Translations under genes and position numbers: made by a program
The notes under the pieces: generated by a model
Databases searched by the model: none
Seen by the model: only the letters and a program-made list of their open reading frames with translations
What the model was told of the DNA's origin: nothing
In this document: in pieces, positions 8,784-17,577 of the stretch
Position numbering within the stretch: the first letter of the stretch is position 1
How the letters are laid out: each line of letters begins with the position of its first letter
Assembly (NCBI GenBank): GCA_903877345.1
Contig: CAIRDL010000120.1
Span: 1-38,612 of the forward strand
Length of the DNA stretch: 38,612 nucleotides
DNA from: an uncultured Oscillochloris sp.
GTDB taxonomy: Bacteria; Chloroflexota; Chloroflexia; Chloroflexales; Chloroflexaceae
Direction: 5' to 3'

Positions 8784-9836
8784 ATGCACAGCGAACGACA
8801 ACGCATCTATTCGCGGGCACTGTTGGGGGTGTTTGCCGGGGGACTGGCGCTCGTGTTGAGCCTCTGGTCTTGGCGTACCTTTGCGGCGGCGAGCCTGTCG
8901 GCATCGCCCGCCAACCCGCGCCAGAACGACACGGTCAGCTTGGTCGGCACCGGCTTCGCCTCTGGCGAGACCGTCTCGGTCTGGATTACCTATCCCGACT
9001 TTACCGTATTTGGCGTGGCCGAGGTGGTGACCGGCAATGACGGCAGCTTCAGCTATCCGTACCTGCCCGATTTCTTGGGGGCTACCTACACCCCAACTGG
9101 CAAGTACACCTATACCGCCTTCGGCCAGAGCAGTGGCCGCGAAGTCTACGCGACGATCAACGTTGACATCGGCAGGGCAGCAGGCCCCTCGCCGAACGTG
9201 CAACTGACGGCTGAGCCACGCCGCGACACGCAGGGCAGCACCTATTTCTTCAGCGGTCGTGGCTACAGCACCAACGAAGAGGTGGCGATCTGGTTGCGCT
9301 ACCCCGATAACCACGTCGAGGATCTGGGGCGCATCCAGTCTAGTGCCGTTGGCGTGATCGGCTACGAACTCTATGTCGGCGGCGTGCCCGTCGGCCATTA
9401 CGCCTTTACCGCCCAGGGCCTCCGCACCGGCACCAATGGCATCGTCGAGTTTGATGTGCGGATTGATGATCTGACCCAGGCCAGCGGCACGGCCTACCTC
9501 CAAGTTACCGCCAGCCCCGACAACCAACGCAGCTACGCGACCTTCAAAGGCACCAGCTACAAGCCCGGTGAACTAGTCACGATCTGGGCCACCCTGCCCG
9601 ACTATTCGACCCTCTGGGTTGGCGACATCACGGCTGACAAAAATGGCATGTTCAGTGCCGTGCTGTATCTGAGCGAACAAGAGCCCGTGGGCAAGCGGAC
9701 GTACACGGCCTACGGCAACACCAGTGGTCGGCGGGCCATTGCTGACTACACGCTGACCCCTGGCGGTGGCCCTGGCGCTCTCGAATACGTTGATCCAATC
9801 CCGACGGGGCGCTGCGAGGGCAGTGGCTGCTTCTAA
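8784..9836 (+). CDS. secreted protein with three Ig-like internal repeats, unknown function
   Basis: Signal peptide, then three ~100-aa repeats of the pattern ASP.N....(S/T)..G.G(F/Y)...E.V.IW..YPD..........(T/S)...G.F. GAGGGAG RBS upstream, terminator downstream. Confidence 0.65.
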   Translation: MHSERQRIYSRALLGVFAGGLALVLSLWSWRTFAAASLSASPANPRQNDTVSLVGTGFASGETVSVWITYPDFTVFGVAEVVTGNDGSFSYPYLPDFLGATYTPTGKYTYTAFGQSSGREVYATINVDIGRAAGPSPNVQLTAEPRRDTQGSTYFFSGRGYSTNEEVAIWLRYPDNHVEDLGRIQSSAVGVIGYELYVGGVPVGHYAFTAQGLRTGTNGIVEFDVRIDDLTQASGTAYLQVTASPDNQRSYATFKGTSYKPGELVTIWATLPDYSTLWVGDITADKNGMFSAVLYLSEQEPVGKRTYTAYGNTSGRRAIADYTLTPGGGPGALEYVDPIPTGRCEGSGCF

Positions 9837-9878
9837 GGGTGCATAAAGTTTACGGAAATAGCACTGACCCACGATTGA

Positions 9879-9920
9879 CCCCCTCGCCTATGCTGTGTGG
9901 CACAAGCGAGGGGGTCTTTT
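9879..9920 (+). terminator. rho-independent terminator
   Basis: 9-bp GC stem ccccctcgc (9879-9887) / gcgaggggg (9906-9914), followed by tctttt. Confidence 0.7.
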
Positions 9921-9964
9921 GCGGGCACCGGCGGGGAATGGGTACGACTGGTTTGAAACGTTCC

Positions 9965-12292
9965 CTATGTCCACGCCAGCACGAGCACGTTCAGTGCGCC
10001 GAAGCCCAACCGCCCACCCTGAAAGACGATGTCGTGCAGTTCGTCGTAGAGGCGGCGCGGCAACGGTTCGCTGTGGGCTGCGGTGTTGCGGATTTGGGTG
10101 ATGCGGGTAAGCGTGTGGTCAATCAGGGCGTCGAAGCTGATGACGCGCTCCGGGTCGTTCGGATTGGGCCGGTTGTTCCAGTGCGCGGCGACGTAGGTGT
10201 TGATGCGCGTCCAGTTCCCAGTAGTGTCATCCGTGCGCTTCAGGTAGGGGAGCCTGCCCAGAGTCTGCTTTTTGGGGTTGGTTACCTCGCCTTCCAGACC
10301 AGGACAGGCGAAGATGCGCCGCTTGATCACGATTTCAATAACGCTTGACAGGTGGATCGCCGGCGCGGAGTAGTCGGTCGCACGTACCTTGAAGAGTTGG
10401 TCGGTGAGAAAGATTGCCAGCGCCAGCGATTCCTGCTCCGTTGCGCTGAGTAGATCGAAGGTCGTACGCATCCCCAGCCCACGAACGCGCTCGTGGTAGA
10501 ACGCCAGATCTACGTGCGCCAGATCGGCGAAGCGCCGGGTCAGGTGCTGCACCCGTTCGGCGATAGCGCTCACCCGTTCCTCGCTCGGATCGTCTGCGGT
10601 GCCTTCGCCCAGGATGTGCTCCAGTTCCCGCAGCAGGCTCTCAATGTCACGCGGCGGACGAATGGGCGTGCGCGCCTCAGCCTGCCCGACAATGTGGCAG
10701 AGCCGTTCGTCCTGGCAGCAATGCATGGCGCGGCTCACCAAATCTACCCGCCACGGGCCAAGGTGAGGCTTCGGACAGACCAGGAGGTCGTCAGGACGCC
10801 CGTGAAGCGGCGTCCCCCAACGGTCGCTCAGCGCGCCCTGTTCGGTGACACTCACGCTATCAAGGAAGACCCCCTGACATACCGGCACGACCGGCTCGCG
10901 CAGGTCGGCGTGGGCGTGATCGAGCAACTGCACCAGGGCGCGCTGGATCTCCGCGCTGGGCAGATCGGGGCCGAGGGCGATCACGTCAACGCGCAGCCGT
11001 GGGTCGAGGCTCGGTGCGGCCGCACGCGCTGGTTGGAGGCGTTGTACCAGCGCGGGTACACCATCAGGGAGCGCCGCGTCGTCGCTCTCATCAGCCCGCA
11101 GAAACGCGAACAGCAAGCTGCCCCGTGTCTCTCCGGTTAAGGCTAGGTCGGCCAGCATGCGCTTGACCGGCCCGCTTGGCGCGTGGTTCCGGTCGCGCTC
11201 ACGATAGTATTTGGCATCCCAAATCACGCCGGGTTCGCGCCAGATCATCTGGTTGCTTGCATACACCTCGGTCATGGGTGGATCGCAGCGGCGCAGGTGG
11301 TAGTCTGGCCGTACCCCTGGCACCCGTGCATCCGCTGGCTCCGAACGCCAGACCGTGGGCTGTTCACGAATGCCTTGGTCATGACGGAGTTCGTAGTGGC
11401 GCATGGTGTCGCCCTCGCCCCAACGAAAGCGCAGCACCGCAGGCAGGTGGGTTCCCGTGTCGAGCAACCCGCGTCGGATGAGCAGATCCGCCACCTCGAA
11501 GAGGATCCAGAGTTGGTAGAGGCGATTATCCCGCCGTGGGTCGGCACCGAGCAGATCGGCGGGAGCGTCGGCAGGACGCCGCCGCAGCAGGTCGAGCGCA
11601 CGGTAGCGCCGCCGCCAAGCCAGCAGATCGTCGTAGGCGCTACTGCCGCCAGGTTGACCGCCAGCGGCGACGCGGGCCTCCAGTGCTTCGACTCCGCCAT
11701 GCGCGCCGTCGAGATACGCCTGGGCTGCGGTGCGGATGCCCGCAAATTGGGGGAAGGCCAACGCTCGTTCGCACCGCTCAACAATCACGGTGAGCGGGTG
11801 GCGCAGGCTTTCGGCTCCCAGCGCCACCGTGTCGCTCAGCAGGAGCCGCCGCACCGCGCTGCCATATTCCAACAGCGTTGCGACCGTCAGCAGGTTCGTA
11901 GGCGTGGCAAAGGTGCGGAGCCGTTGGCGGGCATGGACGGTCAGGGGCGGCTCGCCGGGACGCTCGTGCCAACTCGCCTCCAGGGTACGCTCCCAATCTA
12001 TGCGGCCACGCCCCGGTGGCTCTTCGACCACCAAGTGATGCGGCGAGACAAAGCTGAGCCGCCGCACGATGCGCGGCAGGATTTCCTCGAAGAGCGCGGT
12101 GCGAAGAAAGAAGAGCACGGCAAGATCGCGGTACACCTGGAGCGCCGCCGTGGTTTCCTCGCGCATGAAGTTCTGGTGGTCGGTGAAAAATTTGCGGTAT
12201 TCCTCCTCGCTGAAGCGCAGCAGCAAGGCGACCATGCGGGCCTGCATCTGACCGTAGGCCCGCTGCTCAGTTGGGGTAGGTTGGGCGGCCAT
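9965..12292 (-). CDS. McrC-like PD-(D/E)xK nuclease fused to a Cys/His-rich region and a C-terminal HEPN (Rx4H) domain
   Basis: 775 aa. The N-terminal region carries GRGRIDWERTL (McrC/DUF2357-like). Nuclease core is VRPD(330)YHL ... IWD(359)AK(361)YY, followed by VKRMLADLAL (nt 11210-11305). Cys/His cluster CPKPH...HCCQDERLCH at nt 10694-10777. C-terminal helical region ends in TRITQIRNTAAHSEP, where R735-N-T-A-A-H740 is cgcaacaccgcagcccac on the minus strand at 10073-10090. The start ATG is 1 nt from the stop of the upstream AAA+ gene. Confidence 0.75.
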   Translation of the reverse strand: MAAQPTPTEQRAYGQMQARMVALLLRFSEEEYRKFFTDHQNFMREETTAALQVYRDLAVLFFLRTALFEEILPRIVRRLSFVSPHHLVVEEPPGRGRIDWERTLEASWHERPGEPPLTVHARQRLRTFATPTNLLTVATLLEYGSAVRRLLLSDTVALGAESLRHPLTVIVERCERALAFPQFAGIRTAAQAYLDGAHGGVEALEARVAAGGQPGGSSAYDDLLAWRRRYRALDLLRRRPADAPADLLGADPRRDNRLYQLWILFEVADLLIRRGLLDTGTHLPAVLRFRWGEGDTMRHYELRHDQGIREQPTVWRSEPADARVPGVRPDYHLRRCDPPMTEVYASNQMIWREPGVIWDAKYYRERDRNHAPSGPVKRMLADLALTGETRGSLLFAFLRADESDDAALPDGVPALVQRLQPARAAAPSLDPRLRVDVIALGPDLPSAEIQRALVQLLDHAHADLREPVVPVCQGVFLDSVSVTEQGALSDRWGTPLHGRPDDLLVCPKPHLGPWRVDLVSRAMHCCQDERLCHIVGQAEARTPIRPPRDIESLLRELEHILGEGTADDPSEERVSAIAERVQHLTRRFADLAHVDLAFYHERVRGLGMRTTFDLLSATEQESLALAIFLTDQLFKVRATDYSAPAIHLSSVIEIVIKRRIFACPGLEGEVTNPKKQTLGRLPYLKRTDDTTGNWTRINTYVAAHWNNRPNPNDPERVISFDALIDHTLTRITQIRNTAAHSEPLPRRLYDELHDIVFQGGRLGFGALNVLVLAWT

Positions 12293-12293
12293 T

Positions 12294-14390
12294 CTACAGC
12301 CCTTGCTCGCTCACAAAGGCGCTCAGCCGCCGCGCAAACAGCCCATCCGGCGTGATGCCGAGCGGCGCAGGCGGGCCAAAGATCGCCCGCACCTGTAGCT
12401 CCGTCAGCGCCTCGGGGCGATGGGGGTCTACGCTGGATTCGATCAGGCGCAACTGGAGCAGGTGGGCGCTCTGGCGTGGCCCCGAGAGACTGCTGAGGAT
12501 GGTGCTGATGCTGTCGCGGAGCGCCGCGCTATCTTCGGGGTGAGCAATCAGGGCGAGGAGCACGCGCAGTTCGTCACGGGCAAGCACTTGGAGTTGATCC
12601 GCCAAGGTGTCGGCAAGGGCGGCATCGAGGGCGCGTTCCCACGCCATGCCGACCGCTCGACCAGCAAGGAAGTCGCGGTAGCCCGCCTCCGCCTGGGCGG
12701 TGCCAAGCTGTCGGTAGATCCGCACCGCCGCGAAGACGCGCCAGAACTGGTCGCTGGCCGTGCGCGCCGCCGGATCAGCGTCAGCGCCGATGGCGTAGCG
12801 TACCAGGGTGTCATGCTCGGCAGGGTCGGCCCGGCGCACACTGAGCGTCTGTGCCCAGGTGGCGTAGCCGAGGTCAATATCGGCGCTAAACCCCGTCAGG
12901 CCATGCTCCGCCAAGCGACTGAGCGCACCAAACAGCGCGAGCGCCTGTTCCTCAGCGGCGCGCTCACGACCGGGCGGCAGCACATCAATGAAGGTGAAAC
13001 GGCGCTTCAGCGCTTCGCTGATCTGATTGAGGAAGTGCCGGTCAAAGCTGTTGAGTGTCCCAATCAGCCGGAAGTCGTGCGGCAGGCGCACGGTGCGCTC
13101 GCCTTCGTCACTGGGAAAGGTGAGCGTCGGCTGCCGTTGGCCGCCAAGGGTGGTCAGCAACCCGCCGAAGGCGGCATCAACCTGGGCGCGGGTGAACTCG
13201 TCAATCACCAGCCAAAGACCGTGATAGCGGTTCTCCTCACCGTCGGTGGGTTCGCGGCGGGGCAATGCGCTCAGATCGGTCGCGCCGTCGCTATCAAACT
13301 GGTAATTTGCCAACACCGCCCGCGTAAGGCAGCCATACTCCACCCGGTAAACCAGCGTGCTTCCCCGCTCATCGCGCTGGATCTTCGGGGCAATCCCGCC
13401 AATCACATGGCGCACGCCCCAATCCTCGGTAGCCGTGACGACGTCAACTAGATAGCCCTCACGACGCAGGGGTTCCTCCAAGGGAGCCTCGGTCGGCGCG
13501 AGCGTCGGGTCATTCGGCAGCGTCAGCCGCAGCGTGTCCTGATCGTCACGCCAGAGAATGCGCGGGAGGATGCGGGCCAAGTGGGTTTTGCCGGTGCCGG
13601 GCGGGCCGCTGAGAATGACGTGGTGCCCGGCGATCAGGGAGCGGTAGATCCGCAGGATGGTCTCGCGGTCAAGCAGCAACTCGCGCTGAATTTCGGCAAT
13701 CCGTTCCTCCAGCACCGCCGACGGTAGGATGCGCAACGCGGCGTCGGTCAGGGCTGGCAGATCGTGCGGCCCGCTCCGCACCCGATGCAGATGCGCCAGA
13801 AACGTGTTGATCGCGTGCGCCGTCGTGCGGCGGTCGTCAAGCGGTGCAAGTGCCTGTGGGAGCGCTTGCCAAGTGCCATCGGCATTCCGTTGCGCCAGCC
13901 CGGCCTCTGCATACCAAGCGAGCAGTGGCTCGCCCAACGGCCAAGCCTCGGCTGCGTGGGGCAGCCCATCGAAGGGTGCCTCCAGAGCGGGCAAACGGTA
14001 CTCGTCTTCGTCGTTGCTTGGCACCAGCAGCGTCAGCGCACAATAGCGGAGCAACAAATCAAGGCTGGCATCACCGAGATGCGCCCAGCGCCGATAGCAC
14101 CCGTCGTCAAGCGGCTCCAACAGACGGAGGCACAGCAGATCATCCACCAGTTGGGCCGCGTCGAACGGCGCAGCGAGTGGCGCAATGGGCGGCATCACCG
14201 TCCCCAGCACATCGCGGATCGCAGCGGGCGTGTAGCGCTCACCGCTGAGATGGGTGGCTAGTTGCACGTAGGGTCGCAGCGCAACGCCGAGGGTGCGGGG
14301 CAGGGCGGTTGGCAGGGCGTTATCAATGAAGCGCTGCGCGGCGGCGTAGACGCGAACGGCGGCAGGGGTGGTGAGACGGGGCATTGGCAT
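12294..14390 (-). CDS. McrB-like AAA+ GTPase (AAA_5 family) with novel N-terminal (~250 aa) and C-terminal (~230 aa) extensions
   Basis: 698 aa. Walker A SGPPGTGKTH (13584-13607); TATEDWGVRHVIGGIAPK, the counterpart of the McrB YEDF..G..P block; Walker B LWLVIDEFTRAQVDAAFGGLLTTLG (D397/E398 at 13197-13202); RLIGTLNSFDRH with the McrB-type NxxD GTP-specificity motif (13041-13052); ALKRRFTFIDV. Confidence 0.8.
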   Translation of the reverse strand: MPMPRLTTPAAVRVYAAAQRFIDNALPTALPRTLGVALRPYVQLATHLSGERYTPAAIRDVLGTVMPPIAPLAAPFDAAQLVDDLLCLRLLEPLDDGCYRRWAHLGDASLDLLLRYCALTLLVPSNDEDEYRLPALEAPFDGLPHAAEAWPLGEPLLAWYAEAGLAQRNADGTWQALPQALAPLDDRRTTAHAINTFLAHLHRVRSGPHDLPALTDAALRILPSAVLEERIAEIQRELLLDRETILRIYRSLIAGHHVILSGPPGTGKTHLARILPRILWRDDQDTLRLTLPNDPTLAPTEAPLEEPLRREGYLVDVVTATEDWGVRHVIGGIAPKIQRDERGSTLVYRVEYGCLTRAVLANYQFDSDGATDLSALPRREPTDGEENRYHGLWLVIDEFTRAQVDAAFGGLLTTLGGQRQPTLTFPSDEGERTVRLPHDFRLIGTLNSFDRHFLNQISEALKRRFTFIDVLPPGRERAAEEQALALFGALSRLAEHGLTGFSADIDLGYATWAQTLSVRRADPAEHDTLVRYAIGADADPAARTASDQFWRVFAAVRIYRQLGTAQAEAGYRDFLAGRAVGMAWERALDAALADTLADQLQVLARDELRVLLALIAHPEDSAALRDSISTILSSLSGPRQSAHLLQLRLIESSVDPHRPEALTELQVRAIFGPPAPLGITPDGLFARRLSAFVSEQGL

Positions 14391-14506
14391 TCCTCGACTG
14401 GAGCGTAAAGAAGCAAAGAGGGCATTGGCAGTAGCGCAAACCTCACCTGGTCACGCCGAGCGTCCCGGCGGGCAGGATAGATTGCAGTCTCGTCGTCGTA
14501 CGGGCC

Positions 14507-17500
14507 TCAGTTTTCCGCGTCGGTGGGCGTCAATAACTGGCTCAACAGGGCCAACAAATCGCGTAGACGCACCGGCTTGCTAAGATACGCCGTCGCTCCG
14601 GCCTCCAGGCAGCGCGTCCGATCCTCCGGCATCGCCAGGGCCGTGAGGGCTAGGATCGGCACCGTGGCGCCTGTAGGTAGCGCCCGGATACGCCGGATCG
14701 CTTCGAGGCCATCCATGTTCGGCATCTGGATGTCCATCATAATCACGCTGGGCCGCAGCGTCGCGAGCGTGGCTAACGCGCTGGCGGCATCCGGCGCCTC
14801 ATGCACCGTGAAGCGATGGGCCTGAAGGTAGTGCGCAAGCACCTTCCGCCCCACGGCGTCATCGTCAACGAGGAGCAGTGGAGCCACCGGGACGACCAGC
14901 GCCGTCGGCACGGCCACCGGCGTCGGCGGCGCGGTGATCCGCCGTGGGTTGGGAGGTACCGCCTCGGTTGGCTGGTGCCACGGCAACGTCACCGTGAAGT
15001 GACTGCCCTGGCCGGGGGTGCTCAACACGGTGATTTGACCGCCATGCAGTTCGGTCAAGCGCCGCACCAGAGCCAGCCCCAAGCCCGTTCCCGGTTGGCT
15101 GCGTGATAACCGCGAGTCGAGTTGCACGAAGGGTCGGAACAGCTTGGGTAGATCCAGCGCCTCAATCCCAATCCCGGTATCAGCGACCAGAAAGTGGATC
15201 ACCTGCGCCTCAGCGTCACCAGTCACCGTCAGGCTTACCCGGCCCCGTTCGGGGGTGAACTTCACGGCGTTGGCAAGCAGATTTACAAGGATTTGGGTGA
15301 AGCGGCGCTCGTCGGCGAGCAGTGTCGTCACCGTTGCGTCCAGCGACAGCGTTGTCCAGATTTGCTTAGCCACCGCCTGTGGCCGCACCAAATCCAGGCT
15401 CTGTTGACAGACTTGGGCCACATCAAGCGCCGTCAGTGCCAACACCTCTTGCTCAGCCTCGATTTTCGAGAGGTCGAGAATGTCGCTGATCAGCGCCAAA
15501 AGATGCATACCGCTTTGCTCAACTTGCTTCAGCGCCGCATCTTGCTGCGAGTTGAGCGCGCCAAGGACGGTGGTTTGGAGCAACTCGACATTCCCCAAGA
15601 TAGCGTTGAGCGGCGTACGCAGTTCGTGGCTCATCGCAGCCAAGAAGGCGGACTTGGCCTGATCCGCCACCTCGGCGACCTCCTTCGCCCGCAGCAACTC
15701 TTGGGCGGCCAACCAGCGCTCGGTACTATCGTGAATGACCACCATCCCTGCGATCACCGCGCCGTCGCCCGCCCGCACCGGCAGCACCTGCGCGTCATAG
15801 CGCCGCGCTTGCACGACCGTCTCAAAGGCACCAGTTTCGCCCGCAAGGGCCGCGTTGCAGTACGGTTCGAGCAGCGCCACCATTTCCGGGAACAGCCCCG
15901 ACGTGCGGATCGTCTGGGCCGTCAGATCTCCAGGTTGCTGCCGAAGTTGCCCGAGCGCCTGCCCGCCAGCGACGAGGCAGCGCAACTCGCGATCAAAGAG
16001 TACGACCGCACCATTGGGAAACTGCTCAACCAAGGTGCGATAGCGCGCTTCGCTGGCCCGCAAGGCTTCCTCCATCCGCGTGCGTTCGCTGACGTCACGC
16101 AGAAACGCCTGGAGCACATGGGCACCGTCGCGGGCGACCCGGCGGGAACTTACATTGACCACCACCGTCGAGCCGTCTGGGCGGGGGATCATGACATCAA
16201 ACATGAGTGCGCCCGCAGCGACGATCTGCGCGTTCCGCGCCCCAAGTTCTGCGGGCATTTCACCCGTGAGCGTGGTGATGTTCATCCCGACCAAAGTTTC
16301 CTGCGTGCGTTTGAAGATCGCACATGCCTGCGGATTCACATCAAGGACAATGCCGTCAAGGCTCGAAATGACCAGCCCGTCGTTGCAGTGTTCGACAATC
16401 GAGCGGTAGCGGGCCTCGCTGGCGTGAACCGCCTGGGTCAGCCGGTGCCGCTCTGTCACATCGCGCACGATAATCAGCGCCTCGTCAGGGGCGCTGCGGG
16501 TCAGGCGACCCTCATGGACATACACCTGTCCACGCACCTCGAAACTCTGCTCGACCGTCACTACGCCACCCTCCTGTAGCACGGTGGGCATGGCGGTCTC
16601 AACCGCTTGGGCCGTTCCCGCGTCAATCCATTGGGTCAGCGGGGTTCCATTCACATGCACGGGCGCTGCGGGCAACTGGGCTGGATTGGGGTGGTGCAGA
16701 CCCCGAATCAGCCCGTCGGCACCGAGCCGAAAGAGCATGTCGGGCATAGCACTGACCAGCGCCCGATTGGTTTCAACACTGCGCTGCCAATATTCTAGCT
16801 GCCGCGTGTGTGTGATGGCTAAGGCAAGAACCGCTGCGAAATCTTGGGCGATTTGAATAGCCTTTCCACCTAAAAGGCTCGAACGGTCACTCAGGATGAC
16901 CAACGCGCCGACCTGGTTCTCCTGTGCGCTGATCGGAAGTCTGAGCAGATACCGCCCGTCCGGCGGCGCACCGGCGGCAAGCTGCGGGTTGGTGGCGAGC
17001 TTGGCGCTGATCAGTGCCGTGGCGGGGCTGGTTGGGGCGAGGAACTGGGCGAACCACGTCTGCGTGTCTGCCGTTGCATTGGTGGCGAGAAGGCGCGGAC
17101 TGGCGTCGGGTCGCCCTTGTTCGAGGATCCAGACCTGTACCGGGCCAAGGGCTTCCAGGGTGGTGCGCAGCCCCGTTGCAGCGACCGTCGCCAAATCAGC
17201 GTTGTCCAGCGCTTGGGCAAAGAGTGCCCGCAGCGCCTGTTGACGCCGCTGCTCGACCTGATGTAATTGGCTGAGCCGGTTGACCAAACCGGCAAGGAGT
17301 ACGGCATCAAGGCCGAGCAAGCCCAAGGACGGGAAGCTGAGGGGCGCGGCGAGCAGCCGACCAGCGGCGAGACCGACAAGCCCAATGCTCAGGATGGTCG
17401 TGGGCAGTTTTGGGACGAGCGTCGCACCCACCGCCACACTGACGAGGAGGCAGACGCGCAGCACATCGCCGCTAAGCGCCGACAGGACGCTATTCGTCAC

Positions 17501-17563
17501 CAGGGCGACCGCCCAGAGGATCTGCAGTGGCGGTGCTGACCGGAGTGCGAGGAAATGCTTCAT
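14507..17563 (-). CDS. membrane-anchored hybrid sensor histidine kinase (TM-GAF-PAS-PAS-PAS-HisKA-HATPase-REC)
   Basis: H-box [14 protein letters not shown]-box [13 protein letters not shown]-boxes ADTGIGI and [13 protein letters not shown]-terminal receiver LLLVDDD...[12 protein letters not shown]...LSKP. Start set at ATG 17563 (MKHFLAL), 14 nt after the upstream stop; the track start 17617 would overlap the upstream gene. Confidence 0.85.
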   Translation of the reverse strand: MKHFLALRSAPPLQILWAVALVTNSVLSALSGDVLRVCLLVSVAVGATLVPKLPTTILSIGLVGLAAGRLLAAPLSFPSLGLLGLDAVLLAGLVNRLSQLHQVEQRRQQALRALFAQALDNADLATVAATGLRTTLEALGPVQVWILEQGRPDASPRLLATNATADTQTWFAQFLAPTSPATALISAKLATNPQLAAGAPPDGRYLLRLPISAQENQVGALVILSDRSSLLGGKAIQIAQDFAAVLALAITHTRQLEYWQRSVETNRALVSAMPDMLFRLGADGLIRGLHHPNPAQLPAAPVHVNGTPLTQWIDAGTAQAVETAMPTVLQEGGVVTVEQSFEVRGQVYVHEGRLTRSAPDEALIIVRDVTERHRLTQAVHASEARYRSIVEHCNDGLVISSLDGIVLDVNPQACAIFKRTQETLVGMNITTLTGEMPAELGARNAQIVAAGALMFDVMIPRPDGSTVVVNVSSRRVARDGAHVLQAFLRDVSERTRMEEALRASEARYRTLVEQFPNGAVVLFDRELRCLVAGGQALGQLRQQPGDLTAQTIRTSGLFPEMVALLEPYCNAALAGETGAFETVVQARRYDAQVLPVRAGDGAVIAGMVVIHDSTERWLAAQELLRAKEVAEVADQAKSAFLAAMSHELRTPLNAILGNVELLQTTVLGALNSQQDAALKQVEQSGMHLLALISDILDLSKIEAEQEVLALTALDVAQVCQQSLDLVRPQAVAKQIWTTLSLDATVTTLLADERRFTQILVNLLANAVKFTPERGRVSLTVTGDAEAQVIHFLVADTGIGIEALDLPKLFRPFVQLDSRLSRSQPGTGLGLALVRRLTELHGGQITVLSTPGQGSHFTVTLPWHQPTEAVPPNPRRITAPPTPVAVPTALVVPVAPLLLVDDDAVGRKVLAHYLQAHRFTVHEAPDAASALATLATLRPSVIMMDIQMPNMDGLEAIRRIRALPTGATVPILALTALAMPEDRTRCLEAGATAYLSKPVRLRDLLALLSQLLTPTDAEN

Positions 17564-17577
17564 CCTACCATCCAAAC

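Noticed and set aside
11183-13451. Long plus-strand ORFs (11183-12355 and 12420-13451) antisense to the McrC-like and McrB-like genes
   Set aside because: No motifs and an Arg/Gly-rich shadow composition. The minus-strand frames carry Walker A/B, NxxD, PD-DxK and HEPN motifs.
15194-16579. 461-aa plus-strand ORF inside the hybrid kinase gene
   Set aside because: Antisense shadow ORF; the minus frame has complete HisKA/HATPase/REC motifs.
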